A program made the position numbers and the translations under genes. Positions 1-9,327 of a stretch of 64,000 nucleotides of DNA are shown piece by piece. Every line of letters starts with the position of its first letter. The first letter of the stretch is position 1. Origin of the DNA: an uncultured virus (IMG/VR IMGVR_UViG_3300043410_000597) (taxonomy: Duplodnaviria > Heunggongvirae > Uroviricota > Caudoviricetes > Crassvirales); IMG/VR virus record IMGVR_UViG_3300043410_000597, one strand, 5' to 3'. The notes beneath the pieces are model-generated. The model searched no databases. It was not told the origin of the DNA and was given only the letters and a program-made list of their open reading frames with translations.

Positions 1-84
1 GACCCACTAAAACTACTAGCATCGTGGCTACAAAGCAATGATGGTCTAGACACATACGAGATACTATCTAAAAAGTATCGCTAA
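1..84 (+). CDS. 3' end of an upstream gene (partial), probably structural
   Basis: Frame 1 reads DPLKLLASWLQSNDGLDTYEILSKKYR-TAA and is followed by a terminator. Confidence 0.6.
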   Translation, partial: DPLKLLASWLQSNDGLDTYEILSKKYR

Positions 85-90
85 ATTAAG

Positions 91-115
91 AGGGCACACT
101 GAGTGCCCTTTTTTT
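91..115 (+). terminator. Rho-independent terminator
   Basis: Stem-loop AGGGCAC-ACTGA-GTGCCCT followed by a T run. Confidence 0.85.
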
Positions 116-117
116 AT

Positions 118-125
118 TATCTTTG
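118..125 (+). promoter_or_regulatory. Bacteroidota sigma-A -7 promoter box
   Basis: TATCTTTG matches TAnnTTTG, 5 nt before ATG 131. Confidence 0.7.
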
Positions 126-130
126 TCATT

Positions 131-823
131 ATGATAAATTCTGTATATAACACTGTGCTGAATATTGTCGCCAAGGAGAGAAATGGCTTCATTACACCAG
201 AAGAATTCAACAGCTTTGCAAAGCAGGCTCAGTTAGAATTATTTCAACAATACTTCTATGACTTTCAGAAAACTAAGATTAGTGATTTGAAGGGAATGGA
301 GACTAGTGGGTATTCAGATATCACTAAACAAATAGACCAAACGATTGATTACTTCTCTAAGAATGAAGACTTAGTATATAATTCTGTAGATGGCAAGTTT
401 GATCTACCTAATAACTTTTTCTTATTAAATGTACTATACTATAATGGTAAAGAGGTTACTCACGTGGACCAAGGTAAATTATATTATTTGCTTAATTCCA
501 ATTTGACAGCACCTACAGAAACATATCCTACATATGTTATGCAAGGAAGTCAGATAGCTGTGTATCCTACTACTATTACAGATGACATTAATATTTATTA
601 TGTTCGCTATCCAGCGGATCCAAAGTGGACATATACAGTAGTAAACGGTAGCCCTTTGTTTAATCAATCGGCTAATGACTATCAAGATTTCGAGTTAGCT
701 ATATCTGACTTCCCTAAGTTAGTAATTAAGGTTTGCGAATACGCAGGCGTTAGTATTAGAGAGATGGATGTTACATCAGCGGCTCGTGCAGAAGAAGCAT
801 ACACTGATCAAAAACAACAATAA
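131..823 (+). CDS. Tail tubular/adaptor (ring) protein, podovirus type
   Basis: 230 aa; N-terminal GFITPEEFNSFAKQAQLELF and C-terminal YVRYPADPKW resemble ring proteins of Bacteroidota podoviruses; first gene of the tail module. Confidence 0.65.
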   Translation: MINSVYNTVLNIVAKERNGFITPEEFNSFAKQAQLELFQQYFYDFQKTKISDLKGMETSGYSDITKQIDQTIDYFSKNEDLVYNSVDGKFDLPNNFFLLNVLYYNGKEVTHVDQGKLYYLLNSNLTAPTETYPTYVMQGSQIAVYPTTITDDINIYYVRYPADPKWTYTVVNGSPLFNQSANDYQDFELAISDFPKLVIKVCEYAGVSIREMDVTSAARAEEAYTDQKQQ

Positions 824-1719
824 TGAATCAGGAAAAATATTACACCAATGATGGGGTAACACCCACTGATGCCAATTGGGGCTCTTATCAGAATGTAACA
901 TTAGGAGATGTTGTGAATAACTTCATCTTAATGTATACAGATGATGGCGATTTGTTGAATAACATCAACAGATACAAGGTATTATTCCACGCTAAAAGAG
1001 CTGTACAAGAATTAAACTACGATGGTAATCGTCAGATTAATGCTTTGCAGTTAGAAGTTGGACACGACCTTAAATTTGTGTTGCCTCCTGATTACGTGAA
1101 TTATGTTCGTGTATCTTTATTTTGGGGTGGCAATTTGTACCCTATGTTTGAGAATACTCAAGCTAACTCATCTACAGAATTCTTGCAAGACGACCAATAT
1201 CAAATCTTATTTGATGACCAAGGCAATGCTTTGCAAGGAACATCTAAACTAGACCTATCTCGCATTGATGGAGAGAACTATATGTTGTGCCCATTCAATA
1301 ATCAGTGGGGCTGGTACGTAGATGGTCTTTGGTACTTCACTTGGGGATTTGGTGCATACTATGGTATGAACACTGAGGTAGCAAATGTTAACCCTACATT
1401 TAGAGTAGACAAAGCAGCTGGTGTTATTAACTTTAGTTCAGGTGTATTTAACCAATCAGTAGTATTGGAGTATATTTCCGATGGTTTGTATCCAGGTGAT
1501 GACAATCAGATTGTTATCAATAAATTAGCAGAAGAGTATATCTACTCATATATTAAGTGGGCTATCTTAAATACTAAAGCAAATCAGCCTGAGTATGTTA
1601 TTAATAGAGCTCGAAAAGAAAAAGTTTCTAACTGGAGAAACGCAAAGATTAGATTAAGTAATTTACACCCAGGTCGCTTGTTGATGAACATGAGAGGCCA
1701 ATCTAAGTGGATTAAGTAA
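823..1719 (+). CDS. Structural ring/tail protein
   Basis: 298 aa; LPPDYVNYVRVS and VVLEYISDG motifs; lies between the tubular and stabilization genes. Confidence 0.6.
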   Translation: MNQEKYYTNDGVTPTDANWGSYQNVTLGDVVNNFILMYTDDGDLLNNINRYKVLFHAKRAVQELNYDGNRQINALQLEVGHDLKFVLPPDYVNYVRVSLFWGGNLYPMFENTQANSSTEFLQDDQYQILFDDQGNALQGTSKLDLSRIDGENYMLCPFNNQWGWYVDGLWYFTWGFGAYYGMNTEVANVNPTFRVDKAAGVINFSSGVFNQSVVLEYISDGLYPGDDNQIVINKLAEEYIYSYIKWAILNTKANQPEYVINRARKEKVSNWRNAKIRLSNLHPGRLLMNMRGQSKWIK

Positions 1720-4700
1720 ATGATAGAACTTCAAAGAAATTTCCTTTCGGGGGTCATGAATAAAGATCTTGACCCTCACTTTTTACCTGATGGTGCGTAT
1801 AGAGATGCACTCAATATTATTGTGGGCGATTCTGATGGAACATTTGTTTCTGAAGAAGGCTCACATAATGGGGTAGCACAAAATTATTTAGGTAACGTAT
1901 TAAAGGGAACGGACTACGAGTTAACCAATGCAATGTGTATTGGTTCTTTGGCTTACGAGACTAACAATTGTATTTATTGGCTAGTAACTTCTGATGAACA
2001 AGATGCAATATATGAGTATAATGAGACATTAGATTTAAAAACTACTGTATTAATATCTGTTCGAGGGTTAGATGGTAAAACTCAATTGAATTTCAATAAA
2101 GAGTTTTTTGTTACAGGCATAAACTATATTAATGGGTTACTTTTTTGGACTGATAATTTAAACCCTCCACGTAGAATCAATATTGATCGTGCAAAGAACT
2201 ATCCAATTGACCCATTAACAGGAAGTAGTATTTTTACGGAAGCTGACATCAATGTTATCTTAGCTCCTCCATTGTCTGCTCCAACAATTAATTTATATTC
2301 ACAGGGTGAAGCTAACAACTTAGAGAATAAATTTTTATACTTTTCTTACAGATATAAATATTTAGACAACGAGTATAGTGCTCTATCTCCATTCTCACCT
2401 GTAGCATTCTTTCCAAAAGAATATGCATACGATTATGGTGTATCAGAGAACGTATCTATGGTTAACAACTTTAACACAGCAGATATAACTTTCAACTCTG
2501 GCCCTAAAACTGTAAAAGAGATTCAGTTGGTTTTTAGAGACACATTAAGTACTAATACTTATGTAATTGATAATTTGATTAAAGAGGCAAATGGATATGC
2601 TGATAATACGGAATATTCTTTTCAATTTAAAAACAATAAAGTATTTACATTATTGCCAATTGAGCAAGTAAATAGATTGTTTGATAATGTGCCTATTAAG
2701 GCTAAATCACAAGAATTAATTGGAAGTAGATTAGTATATGGCAATTATACTCAGTTTTTTGATTTACTGAAGGATAACTACGAGCCTATTAATCCTGATT
2801 TCTCGGTATCTCTATTATCTAACTCTGTAGTAAGTGGAACGCCTACTCCTACATTTAAGAGTAATAGAGATTATGAAATTGGTATTGTTTACTTAGATGA
2901 CTACGGCAGAACAACTACTGTAATTACTCCAACAGATAATACCAATACAATTTACATACCTCCTGCTAATGCTGTTGATGCGAATAATATTCGTATCACA
3001 ATTGATGGTACTTATCAGCCACCATCTTTTGCTACACATTATCGTTTTATGATTAAGCAAGATAAGCAGGATTATTACAATGTATTCCCATTAACTTATT
3101 TCAAGGACGGTCAGTTTAAGTGGTTTTTGATTAATCAAGCAGACCAAGATAAAATATCCGTTGGGTCTTATGTTTATTTAAAGGGAGAGTCATCTAACAC
3201 TAATATTCAATATAAGATATTAGACATTCAATCGAAGTCAGCTAACTTCTTAAACACGTCAAATGTTGATCAGCCAGCTGGTATATATTTTAAAATAAAA
3301 ATAGAGGACACTGTTCTGCCTCCTGTTACGTATTATACAGATTCTAATGCAGGTGGATTAAGTACATTAGCTCCTGTTGATTTTAGATTTGATGTTGCTG
3401 AGAATGCTATATTCTATGGTCGTGGATTAAATGATATGACCACTGGCAATTCTAATATATTTACAGGTACTAATGATATTAGATTCTATGTACAAATAGA
3501 TAGTGTAGGCGTAACAGATACCTTTAAATATTATGCTACTTATGATGGTACATATAAAGTTCTTGTTGCTAGTAACCAAGCTATAACAGCTGGTGTAGAC
3601 CAAACACTAACATATTCTGGACAAAGTTGTGATATTAATTTTGCTGCAAACACAGGGCATAGATTAGACGACTATTGGGTTGTTAACTGTAGAAGTGATT
3701 TAGGTAAGAATATTTTTGGTGGAGATACTTATGGTCCCGACCCAACATATTATGCACTTACAACTCCAACTTTCTTTACATTTGACAATTGGAGTGTTAG
3801 TCCAAGCAATGATGAAGATAGACCAATTAAAGCTGGTGCTGTATTGACATTTAAGTACAAGGAAACAAATGGAACTGACCAATGGATAAGTCAAACATTT
3901 ATTTCTACGAAAGACTATGTTAATATAGAAGAATGGTTTATTGAGGATTCTGCATATCAAAAATGGTCTCAACTAGATGATGCAAACCAAAGTATTGGAC
4001 CTAAACTTATTACCTTCAGAAGAGGTTATATTATATCTACCGCAAGACCTGGTACAATTGACCAAGGAAGTGTTATAAGTTCGACTACATTAGCTTACCC
4101 TGTGTATATGTATATGTTTACAGCACAAGGGGGTACTAATCCTGCAACAGATACTGTATTGACTCTTCAGCAATCTGAAAAGCCATCTTTATTTGAAACA
4201 GTTCCAACTGACACCAACCAAGATATATACTATGAGCTTTCACAAACGTATCCTATTATCGATGGCAATCACTATGGAAATGTTGACAATCAGGACATTG
4301 CATTGGGTGCTCCGGCGATAATAGACTTAAATACGCTTGATTTCAACTCTGACTTTAATGCGTTTACATTTGGTAATGGAGTAGAAAGTTTTAGAATTAG
4401 AGATGACTGGAACTCAGCAACAATGCAATATAGTCCACGTGCTAATTCAACTATCGAAGGATATGAACAACAAACACTTGTTCAGGCACTAACTTATAGT
4501 GGTATATATACTCAAACATCTGCAATTAATAGATTGAATGAGTTCAACCTATCACTTGGTAACTTTAAGTATTTAGATAGATTCTTTGGGTCTATTCAAA
4601 AATTATTCTCTCGTGATACAGATTTAATTGTTCTTCAAGAGAATAAGATATCTAAAGTGCTTTATGGTAAAAACCTATTGAGTGATTCAGTTGGTGGTGG

Positions 4701-5859
4701 TGTAGTAGCATCTATTCCTGAGGTATTGGGTACTCAGATTTCTTACGAAGGTGAATATGGTATTAGTTTAAACCCTGAAAGTTTTACTAAATGGGGTAAC
4801 GATTTATTCTTTACCGATGCTAGACGTGGTGCTGTTATGGCATTACAACCTAATGGATTATTTGAGATATCTTCTCAAGGAATGAAGAACTGGTTCAAAG
4901 CAAACCTAGATACTAATACGGTAAAACTAGGTATGTTTGATCCATACTTTGAGCATTATGTTTTGGCGTTAGATAATGATAGACAAATTAAAACTTGCTC
5001 ATTATCTGTAACACCTACATCTTTATCATTTGATGGTTTAGCTCAGAGCAAAACATTCTACATAGAATCTAATTCTGATTGGGAGATAACTGTTCCGACT
5101 AATACTTGGATTACATTAAGTGACAGATTTGGCTCTAATAATCAATTGATTACAGTTACAGTTACAGAAAACACAACAACTGCTAGAGACTTAGATATAA
5201 CAATAAGTAGTTGTGCTGACGATGTTGTATTAAATATTAGCCAAACTGTTTTATACGATTGGTATGAGTTGTTAGATTGCGACACATCTGAAACATCTTA
5301 TAGTATTCAATATGCAGCAGGAACCTATGAACTTAATGATCGTGTTACTTTTGGTGATGCAACATTTAATATTGTAGATGTATTACACGAAGAACCTGTT
5401 GGGGTATTAATAGATGTTGAATCTACAGGGCTTCAGGGATGTCCTACTCCAGCTGCTTTTTGGTATCAGTTATTTAATTGTTTTGACAGCTCTACTGCTA
5501 ATTCACAAAGTTATGCACCAGGTGTATTTAATATAGATGATAGGGTTACATCAGGAGGATCAACATATGTTATTACAGGGGAGATAGAATATAACCCTGG
5601 TGGAACATTATTAGCAATTACGCCTACAGGAGAAACAGGGTGTGAGACATTGACTACTTATTATGAGTTATCAGAATGTTCTCCTGGAACAGGATATGCT
5701 TTCACTACAATTGTACCTGGATCTGTTGGAAGGAGATATGTATTACCATATCCAACTGAAACATTCTATACTTATACAGGATCAACATTAACACAAAGCA
5801 CTGTTCCTCCTGGATATAATGGTTCAATTCAAATAACATCGTTCTATAGTTGTCCGTAA
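1720..5859 (+). CDS. Tail stabilization/nozzle protein (P22 gp10-like), N-terminal part, with C-terminal BACON domain and Cys-containing repeats
   Basis: Motifs GVMNKDLDP..YRDALNI, LLFWTDNLNPPRRINI, FDNVPIKAKSQELIGSRLVYGNY, FKSNRDYEIGIVYLDDYGR, GEYGISLNPESF; BACON-like LSVTPTSLSF..IESNSDWEIT..WITLS near 5000-5240. Confidence 0.75.
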   Translation: MIELQRNFLSGVMNKDLDPHFLPDGAYRDALNIIVGDSDGTFVSEEGSHNGVAQNYLGNVLKGTDYELTNAMCIGSLAYETNNCIYWLVTSDEQDAIYEYNETLDLKTTVLISVRGLDGKTQLNFNKEFFVTGINYINGLLFWTDNLNPPRRINIDRAKNYPIDPLTGSSIFTEADINVILAPPLSAPTINLYSQGEANNLENKFLYFSYRYKYLDNEYSALSPFSPVAFFPKEYAYDYGVSENVSMVNNFNTADITFNSGPKTVKEIQLVFRDTLSTNTYVIDNLIKEANGYADNTEYSFQFKNNKVFTLLPIEQVNRLFDNVPIKAKSQELIGSRLVYGNYTQFFDLLKDNYEPINPDFSVSLLSNSVVSGTPTPTFKSNRDYEIGIVYLDDYGRTTTVITPTDNTNTIYIPPANAVDANNIRITIDGTYQPPSFATHYRFMIKQDKQDYYNVFPLTYFKDGQFKWFLINQADQDKISVGSYVYLKGESSNTNIQYKILDIQSKSANFLNTSNVDQPAGIYFKIKIEDTVLPPVTYYTDSNAGGLSTLAPVDFRFDVAENAIFYGRGLNDMTTGNSNIFTGTNDIRFYVQIDSVGVTDTFKYYATYDGTYKVLVASNQAITAGVDQTLTYSGQSCDINFAANTGHRLDDYWVVNCRSDLGKNIFGGDTYGPDPTYYALTTPTFFTFDNWSVSPSNDEDRPIKAGAVLTFKYKETNGTDQWISQTFISTKDYVNIEEWFIEDSAYQKWSQLDDANQSIGPKLITFRRGYIISTARPGTIDQGSVISSTTLAYPVYMYMFTAQGGTNPATDTVLTLQQSEKPSLFETVPTDTNQDIYYELSQTYPIIDGNHYGNVDNQDIALGAPAIIDLNTLDFNSDFNAFTFGNGVESFRIRDDWNSATMQYSPRANSTIEGYEQQTLVQALTYSGIYTQTSAINRLNEFNLSLGNFKYLDRFFGSIQKLFSRDTDLIVLQENKISKVLYGKNLLSDSVGGGVVASIPEVLGTQISYEGEYGISLNPESFTKWGNDLFFTDARRGAVMALQPNGLFEISSQGMKNWFKANLDTNTVKLGMFDPYFEHYVLALDNDRQIKTCSLSVTPTSLSFDGLAQSKTFYIESNSDWEITVPTNTWITLSDRFGSNNQLITVTVTENTTTARDLDITISSCADDVVLNISQTVLYDWYELLDCDTSETSYSIQYAAGTYELNDRVTFGDATFNIVDVLHEEPVGVLIDVESTGLQGCPTPAAFWYQLFNCFDSSTANSQSYAPGVFNIDDRVTSGGSTYVITGEIEYNPGGTLLAITPTGETGCETLTTYYELSECSPGTGYAFTTIVPGSVGRRYVLPYPTETFYTYTGSTLTQSTVPPGYNGSIQITSFYSCP

Positions 5860-5871
5860 TATTAAAATAAG

Positions 5872-5879
5872 TAAATTTG
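5872..5879 (+). promoter_or_regulatory. -7 promoter box
   Basis: TAAATTTG, 7 nt before ATG 5887. Confidence 0.65.
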
Positions 5880-5886
5880 TAAGCAT

Positions 5887-6615
5887 ATGGCTAACTATAC
5901 AATAACATATTCTCCAAGATTATCAGGATGGACATCATACCACTCATATTTACCTGAGTGGATGGTGTCTATGAATAATTATTTGTACACATTTAAGAAC
6001 GGTAATTTATACAAACATAACTCCAACACAACTAGAAATAGTTACTATGGTGTATTGTACCCATCTAAAATAACAACCATATTCAATAATGATCCGTCTC
6101 AGACTAAATCATTTAAAACCATATCTACCAACTCAACGACTGCTTGGGATACAGCTATCTTAGCTGACCAAGGAGAAGGGTATATCGATGCAGATTGGTA
6201 TGCATTAAAAGAAGGTACTTGGTACGCTTATATCAGACGTAACGAAGCTACACATAGCGATGTGTCTATGACATCTGTGCAGGGTATAGGTAATGTGACT
6301 ACGTATGCGGCAGGTGTACTTACGTTTGCGTTTAATATTGGCGATATTATTAGCACAGGAGATGCACTTTATTGGGTTAACTCAGGCGTACTTACGCTAA
6401 TTGGGACAATTACTGCACACACTGCGACTACAGTAACCGTGAGTGTGACTGGCACCGCACCAACAAATGGGAGCTTTATTCTTTATGAGAAGAGCCCGGT
6501 AGCAGAGTCTAGTCCAACAAGAGGAACTTACTTGAGCGTAGAGTTTACAAATAACGATACAGATTACACAGAAATGTATATGGTAACTTCTGACGTATTC
6601 AAGAGTTATCCTTGA
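5887..6615 (+). CDS. Tail stabilization/nozzle protein, C-terminal part encoded as a separate gene
   Basis: TITYS..GWTSYHSYLPEWMVSMNNYLYTFKNGNLYKH and KSFKTI..KEGTWY resemble the C-terminal segment of gp10-like proteins. Confidence 0.6.
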   Translation: MANYTITYSPRLSGWTSYHSYLPEWMVSMNNYLYTFKNGNLYKHNSNTTRNSYYGVLYPSKITTIFNNDPSQTKSFKTISTNSTTAWDTAILADQGEGYIDADWYALKEGTWYAYIRRNEATHSDVSMTSVQGIGNVTTYAAGVLTFAFNIGDIISTGDALYWVNSGVLTLIGTITAHTATTVTVSVTGTAPTNGSFILYEKSPVAESSPTRGTYLSVEFTNNDTDYTEMYMVTSDVFKSYP

Positions 6616-6624
6616 TAATTTAAT

Positions 6625-6632
6625 TATATTTG
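6625..6632 (+). promoter_or_regulatory. -7 promoter box
   Basis: TATATTTG, 4 nt before ATG 6637. Confidence 0.65.
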
Positions 6633-6636
6633 TAGA

Positions 6637-7044
6637 ATGAAATTTAATATTAGGTTACTAAACGAAAGTGACTACGATAATACATTGGTAAAATGGTGGA
6701 AAGATTGGAGATGGCAAGCCCCTCCAAAAGAAATGTTACCCAACAATGGATTAGGTGGTTTTATGATTTCAAAAGAAGATGTGAATATTTGTGCAGGTTT
6801 TGCATATTTCACTAATTCAGGAATCGCATTTTGTGAGTTTATAGTATCTAATTTTGAATACAAAGACGAGGATAGGCACGAAGCCATTGAGTTATTAATT
6901 GAAACAATATCTCAGGCTTGTAAAGATGCAGGGCATAAAGCTGTTTGGACTTGTCTTATTAATAATAGTTTGATTAGTAAATACGAGAACTGTGGATTTA
7001 CAAAGTCAAACACCAATTGTACAGAAATGATTAAATTATTATAA
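6637..7044 (+). CDS. GNAT-fold acetyltransferase-like protein
   Basis: 135 aa; begins IRLLNESDY, ends LISKYENCGF; position just before the ejection proteins as in T7-like podoviruses. Confidence 0.6.
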   Translation: MKFNIRLLNESDYDNTLVKWWKDWRWQAPPKEMLPNNGLGGFMISKEDVNICAGFAYFTNSGIAFCEFIVSNFEYKDEDRHEAIELLIETISQACKDAGHKAVWTCLINNSLISKYENCGFTKSNTNCTEMIKLL

Positions 7045-7045
7045 T

Positions 7046-7828
7046 ATGGCAGCAATAACAGCAGCAGTAATCGCAGCAGGTGGTGCTGCATATAGTATTA
7101 TTCAAGGAGCAAACGCTAAGGCAGAGGCAGAACAAGCAGCTGGCAAGGCTGCTCAATCTTTAGCTCAAATGCAAGAGGCTGATAAGTTTGCAAACTTACA
7201 AGTACCCACTCTTGGATTAGAGATGGCTCAACAAAATGTTCAAGCACGTCAGGCACAACAACTTCAAGGTTTAAAAGATATTGGAGCTGCTGGAGTATTA
7301 GGTGGACTTACTGCATTAAATCAACAAGGTCAACAAGAAGATTTAGCTTTATCGGCTCAAGCTCAACAAGCTCAGTATGCTCGTGATTTAGCTCAAGCAG
7401 AAAACGCTCAAGCAGTACAACAAAGAAATGTAGCAAGATTAGCAGCATTAGAGCAACAAAGATTAACGGGTGCTCAAGCTGCTGCTGCTTATGGTCAACA
7501 ACAAATCAATTCAGGTATTCAAGGATTGGCTCAGACAGCAGGAAATGTATTGGTTCAATCTATTAAAAATGAACCTTTGTATGGAGACCAAACGAATGCT
7601 GAATTAGGAACAAAGGGTAATCCTATTTGGGCGGGTCAAAAGGCAACTCCTGAAATGCAAGCTGCTCAAGGTCAATATGAGAACTATCTAAAAAATAATC
7701 CTTTGATGCCTACTGGCACAGGAGTATTAGCTCCTACTCCTCCTATGGCACCAGGTATGGGTGTATTAGCTCCATTAAATTGGAATCAACAACCTGCTCC
7801 ATATTCTTGGTCTAGTTTAGGATTTTAA
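7046..7828 (+). CDS. Internal virion/ejection protein
   Basis: Ala/Gln/Gly-rich with a hydrophobic N-terminus; follows the GNAT gene. Confidence 0.6.
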   Translation: MAAITAAVIAAGGAAYSIIQGANAKAEAEQAAGKAAQSLAQMQEADKFANLQVPTLGLEMAQQNVQARQAQQLQGLKDIGAAGVLGGLTALNQQGQQEDLALSAQAQQAQYARDLAQAENAQAVQQRNVARLAALEQQRLTGAQAAAAYGQQQINSGIQGLAQTAGNVLVQSIKNEPLYGDQTNAELGTKGNPIWAGQKATPEMQAAQGQYENYLKNNPLMPTGTGVLAPTPPMAPGMGVLAPLNWNQQPAPYSWSSLGF

Positions 7829-7841
7829 ATAAAAAAATAAA

Positions 7842-9311
7842 ATGGCAGAATTTGCAGGATATGTAGGCAATCAAGTACCTCCAATAGATTGGGGTAAAAT
7901 TGGTACGGACTTATACGATAAAATAAATAAGGTCAACGACGAGAGAAAGGCTGAGAAGCAAAAAATCGACGATGATTATAATGAGGCATTTTCTAAGATA
8001 GGCGAGTACGAGCAGACCACGGATCAATCTCTAAACGAGATGATTTATAAAGGTGTTGATGAAGTTCGCAATGCCATGAAAACTCAATACGATTTATTAA
8101 AAAAAGGAGCCATTACAATGGCAGACTATAAGTTGTATAAGAACACTGCAATGACCGATTGGTCTACATTGAATAAAGCAGTTAAGGGTTATGGAAATAC
8201 TATTGCTGGTATTCAAAAGATTATTACAGAAGGTAAAATGTCTGGACTTGGTCAATATAATGCATTGACTTACGCTAAACTTAGCAACTTAAAAGATGCT
8301 AAGATTATGGTTAACCCTGAGACAGGCAGATTATATCGAGCAAACATTGATCCTAAAACAGGTACAATTGCATCTGACTCACAAGTTTACAGTCCATCAG
8401 CAATGCTTAACCCAGGAAACTTGGTTGACTTGAAGGTTGATATTAACGACGGAGTTACCACGTTTTTGAAGCGTGTTGCTGATTATGGTGTATCTGTTGA
8501 TAAAGGAAGTGGCAAGATTTTAAATATTGAAGATGCACGTAAAAACCCTTCATTCAATAAAGCATTAGATGCACAAGTCAATGCATTAACTGTAACACCT
8601 CGCTCAACTACAAGTGTGCTTACTGATTATATTGGAGACTACCAATTCTTTGAATCTGACGCACAGAAAAAAGAGTTAATAGCAAAAGGTGTTAAGGAGG
8701 AAAAGTTAATCAAGGTAGAGAGAAAGAATGGGGTCTACGAACCTGTTCCTACAGACAAACAAGAAGACGTTGCAAAGCAATATGTTCGTGACCAAATTGA
8801 AGTAGGTGTTGGGTATAAAGAAACACGTACTCAAGGATTCGCTCCTCAACAACCTAGAGAAGTAAAAAAACCAAGTGCTACTGAAATCAAAGAAGATAAA
8901 CGTATTCAAACTATTACAACCAAAGCAGAAACAGCTAATAAGATTTGGGCAGCTAGACAAAATAGCCCACAATGGCCATTACTTAGATCTGCTGCATCTG
9001 ACCGTGGTTTAGATTCTCCTAAAGTTACTTTTGTTAGAGAAAGAGATTCTGCAGGCAATTTACTTCCTCCAATTATTAGGATTACTGGTAACGAGATGAC
9101 TGTAGATGAAGGAGGTAGAAAAAAGAAAGGTGCATTGGTTGTTAGAGACTTGAAGAGTCCTGAAGATGTATACACTTATATTAGTACTAAGCAAGATCCA
9201 TTAGCCGCATCTTCTGATTATATTGAAGGTAATGAGTATTTTGAAGCAAATAGAGGGCAATCAGCAGCACCTGCAACAAGAACAAGAGTTTCAGCTCAAG
9301 GCTGGCAATAG
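7842..9311 (+). CDS. Internal virion protein (putative)
   Basis: 489 aa, helical and charged; lies in the ejection module. Confidence 0.5.
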   Translation: MAEFAGYVGNQVPPIDWGKIGTDLYDKINKVNDERKAEKQKIDDDYNEAFSKIGEYEQTTDQSLNEMIYKGVDEVRNAMKTQYDLLKKGAITMADYKLYKNTAMTDWSTLNKAVKGYGNTIAGIQKIITEGKMSGLGQYNALTYAKLSNLKDAKIMVNPETGRLYRANIDPKTGTIASDSQVYSPSAMLNPGNLVDLKVDINDGVTTFLKRVADYGVSVDKGSGKILNIEDARKNPSFNKALDAQVNALTVTPRSTTSVLTDYIGDYQFFESDAQKKELIAKGVKEEKLIKVERKNGVYEPVPTDKQEDVAKQYVRDQIEVGVGYKETRTQGFAPQQPREVKKPSATEIKEDKRIQTITTKAETANKIWAARQNSPQWPLLRSAASDRGLDSPKVTFVRERDSAGNLLPPIIRITGNEMTVDEGGRKKKGALVVRDLKSPEDVYTYISTKQDPLAASSDYIEGNEYFEANRGQSAAPATRTRVSAQGWQ

Positions 9312-9327
9312 TTAATATAAATATATA

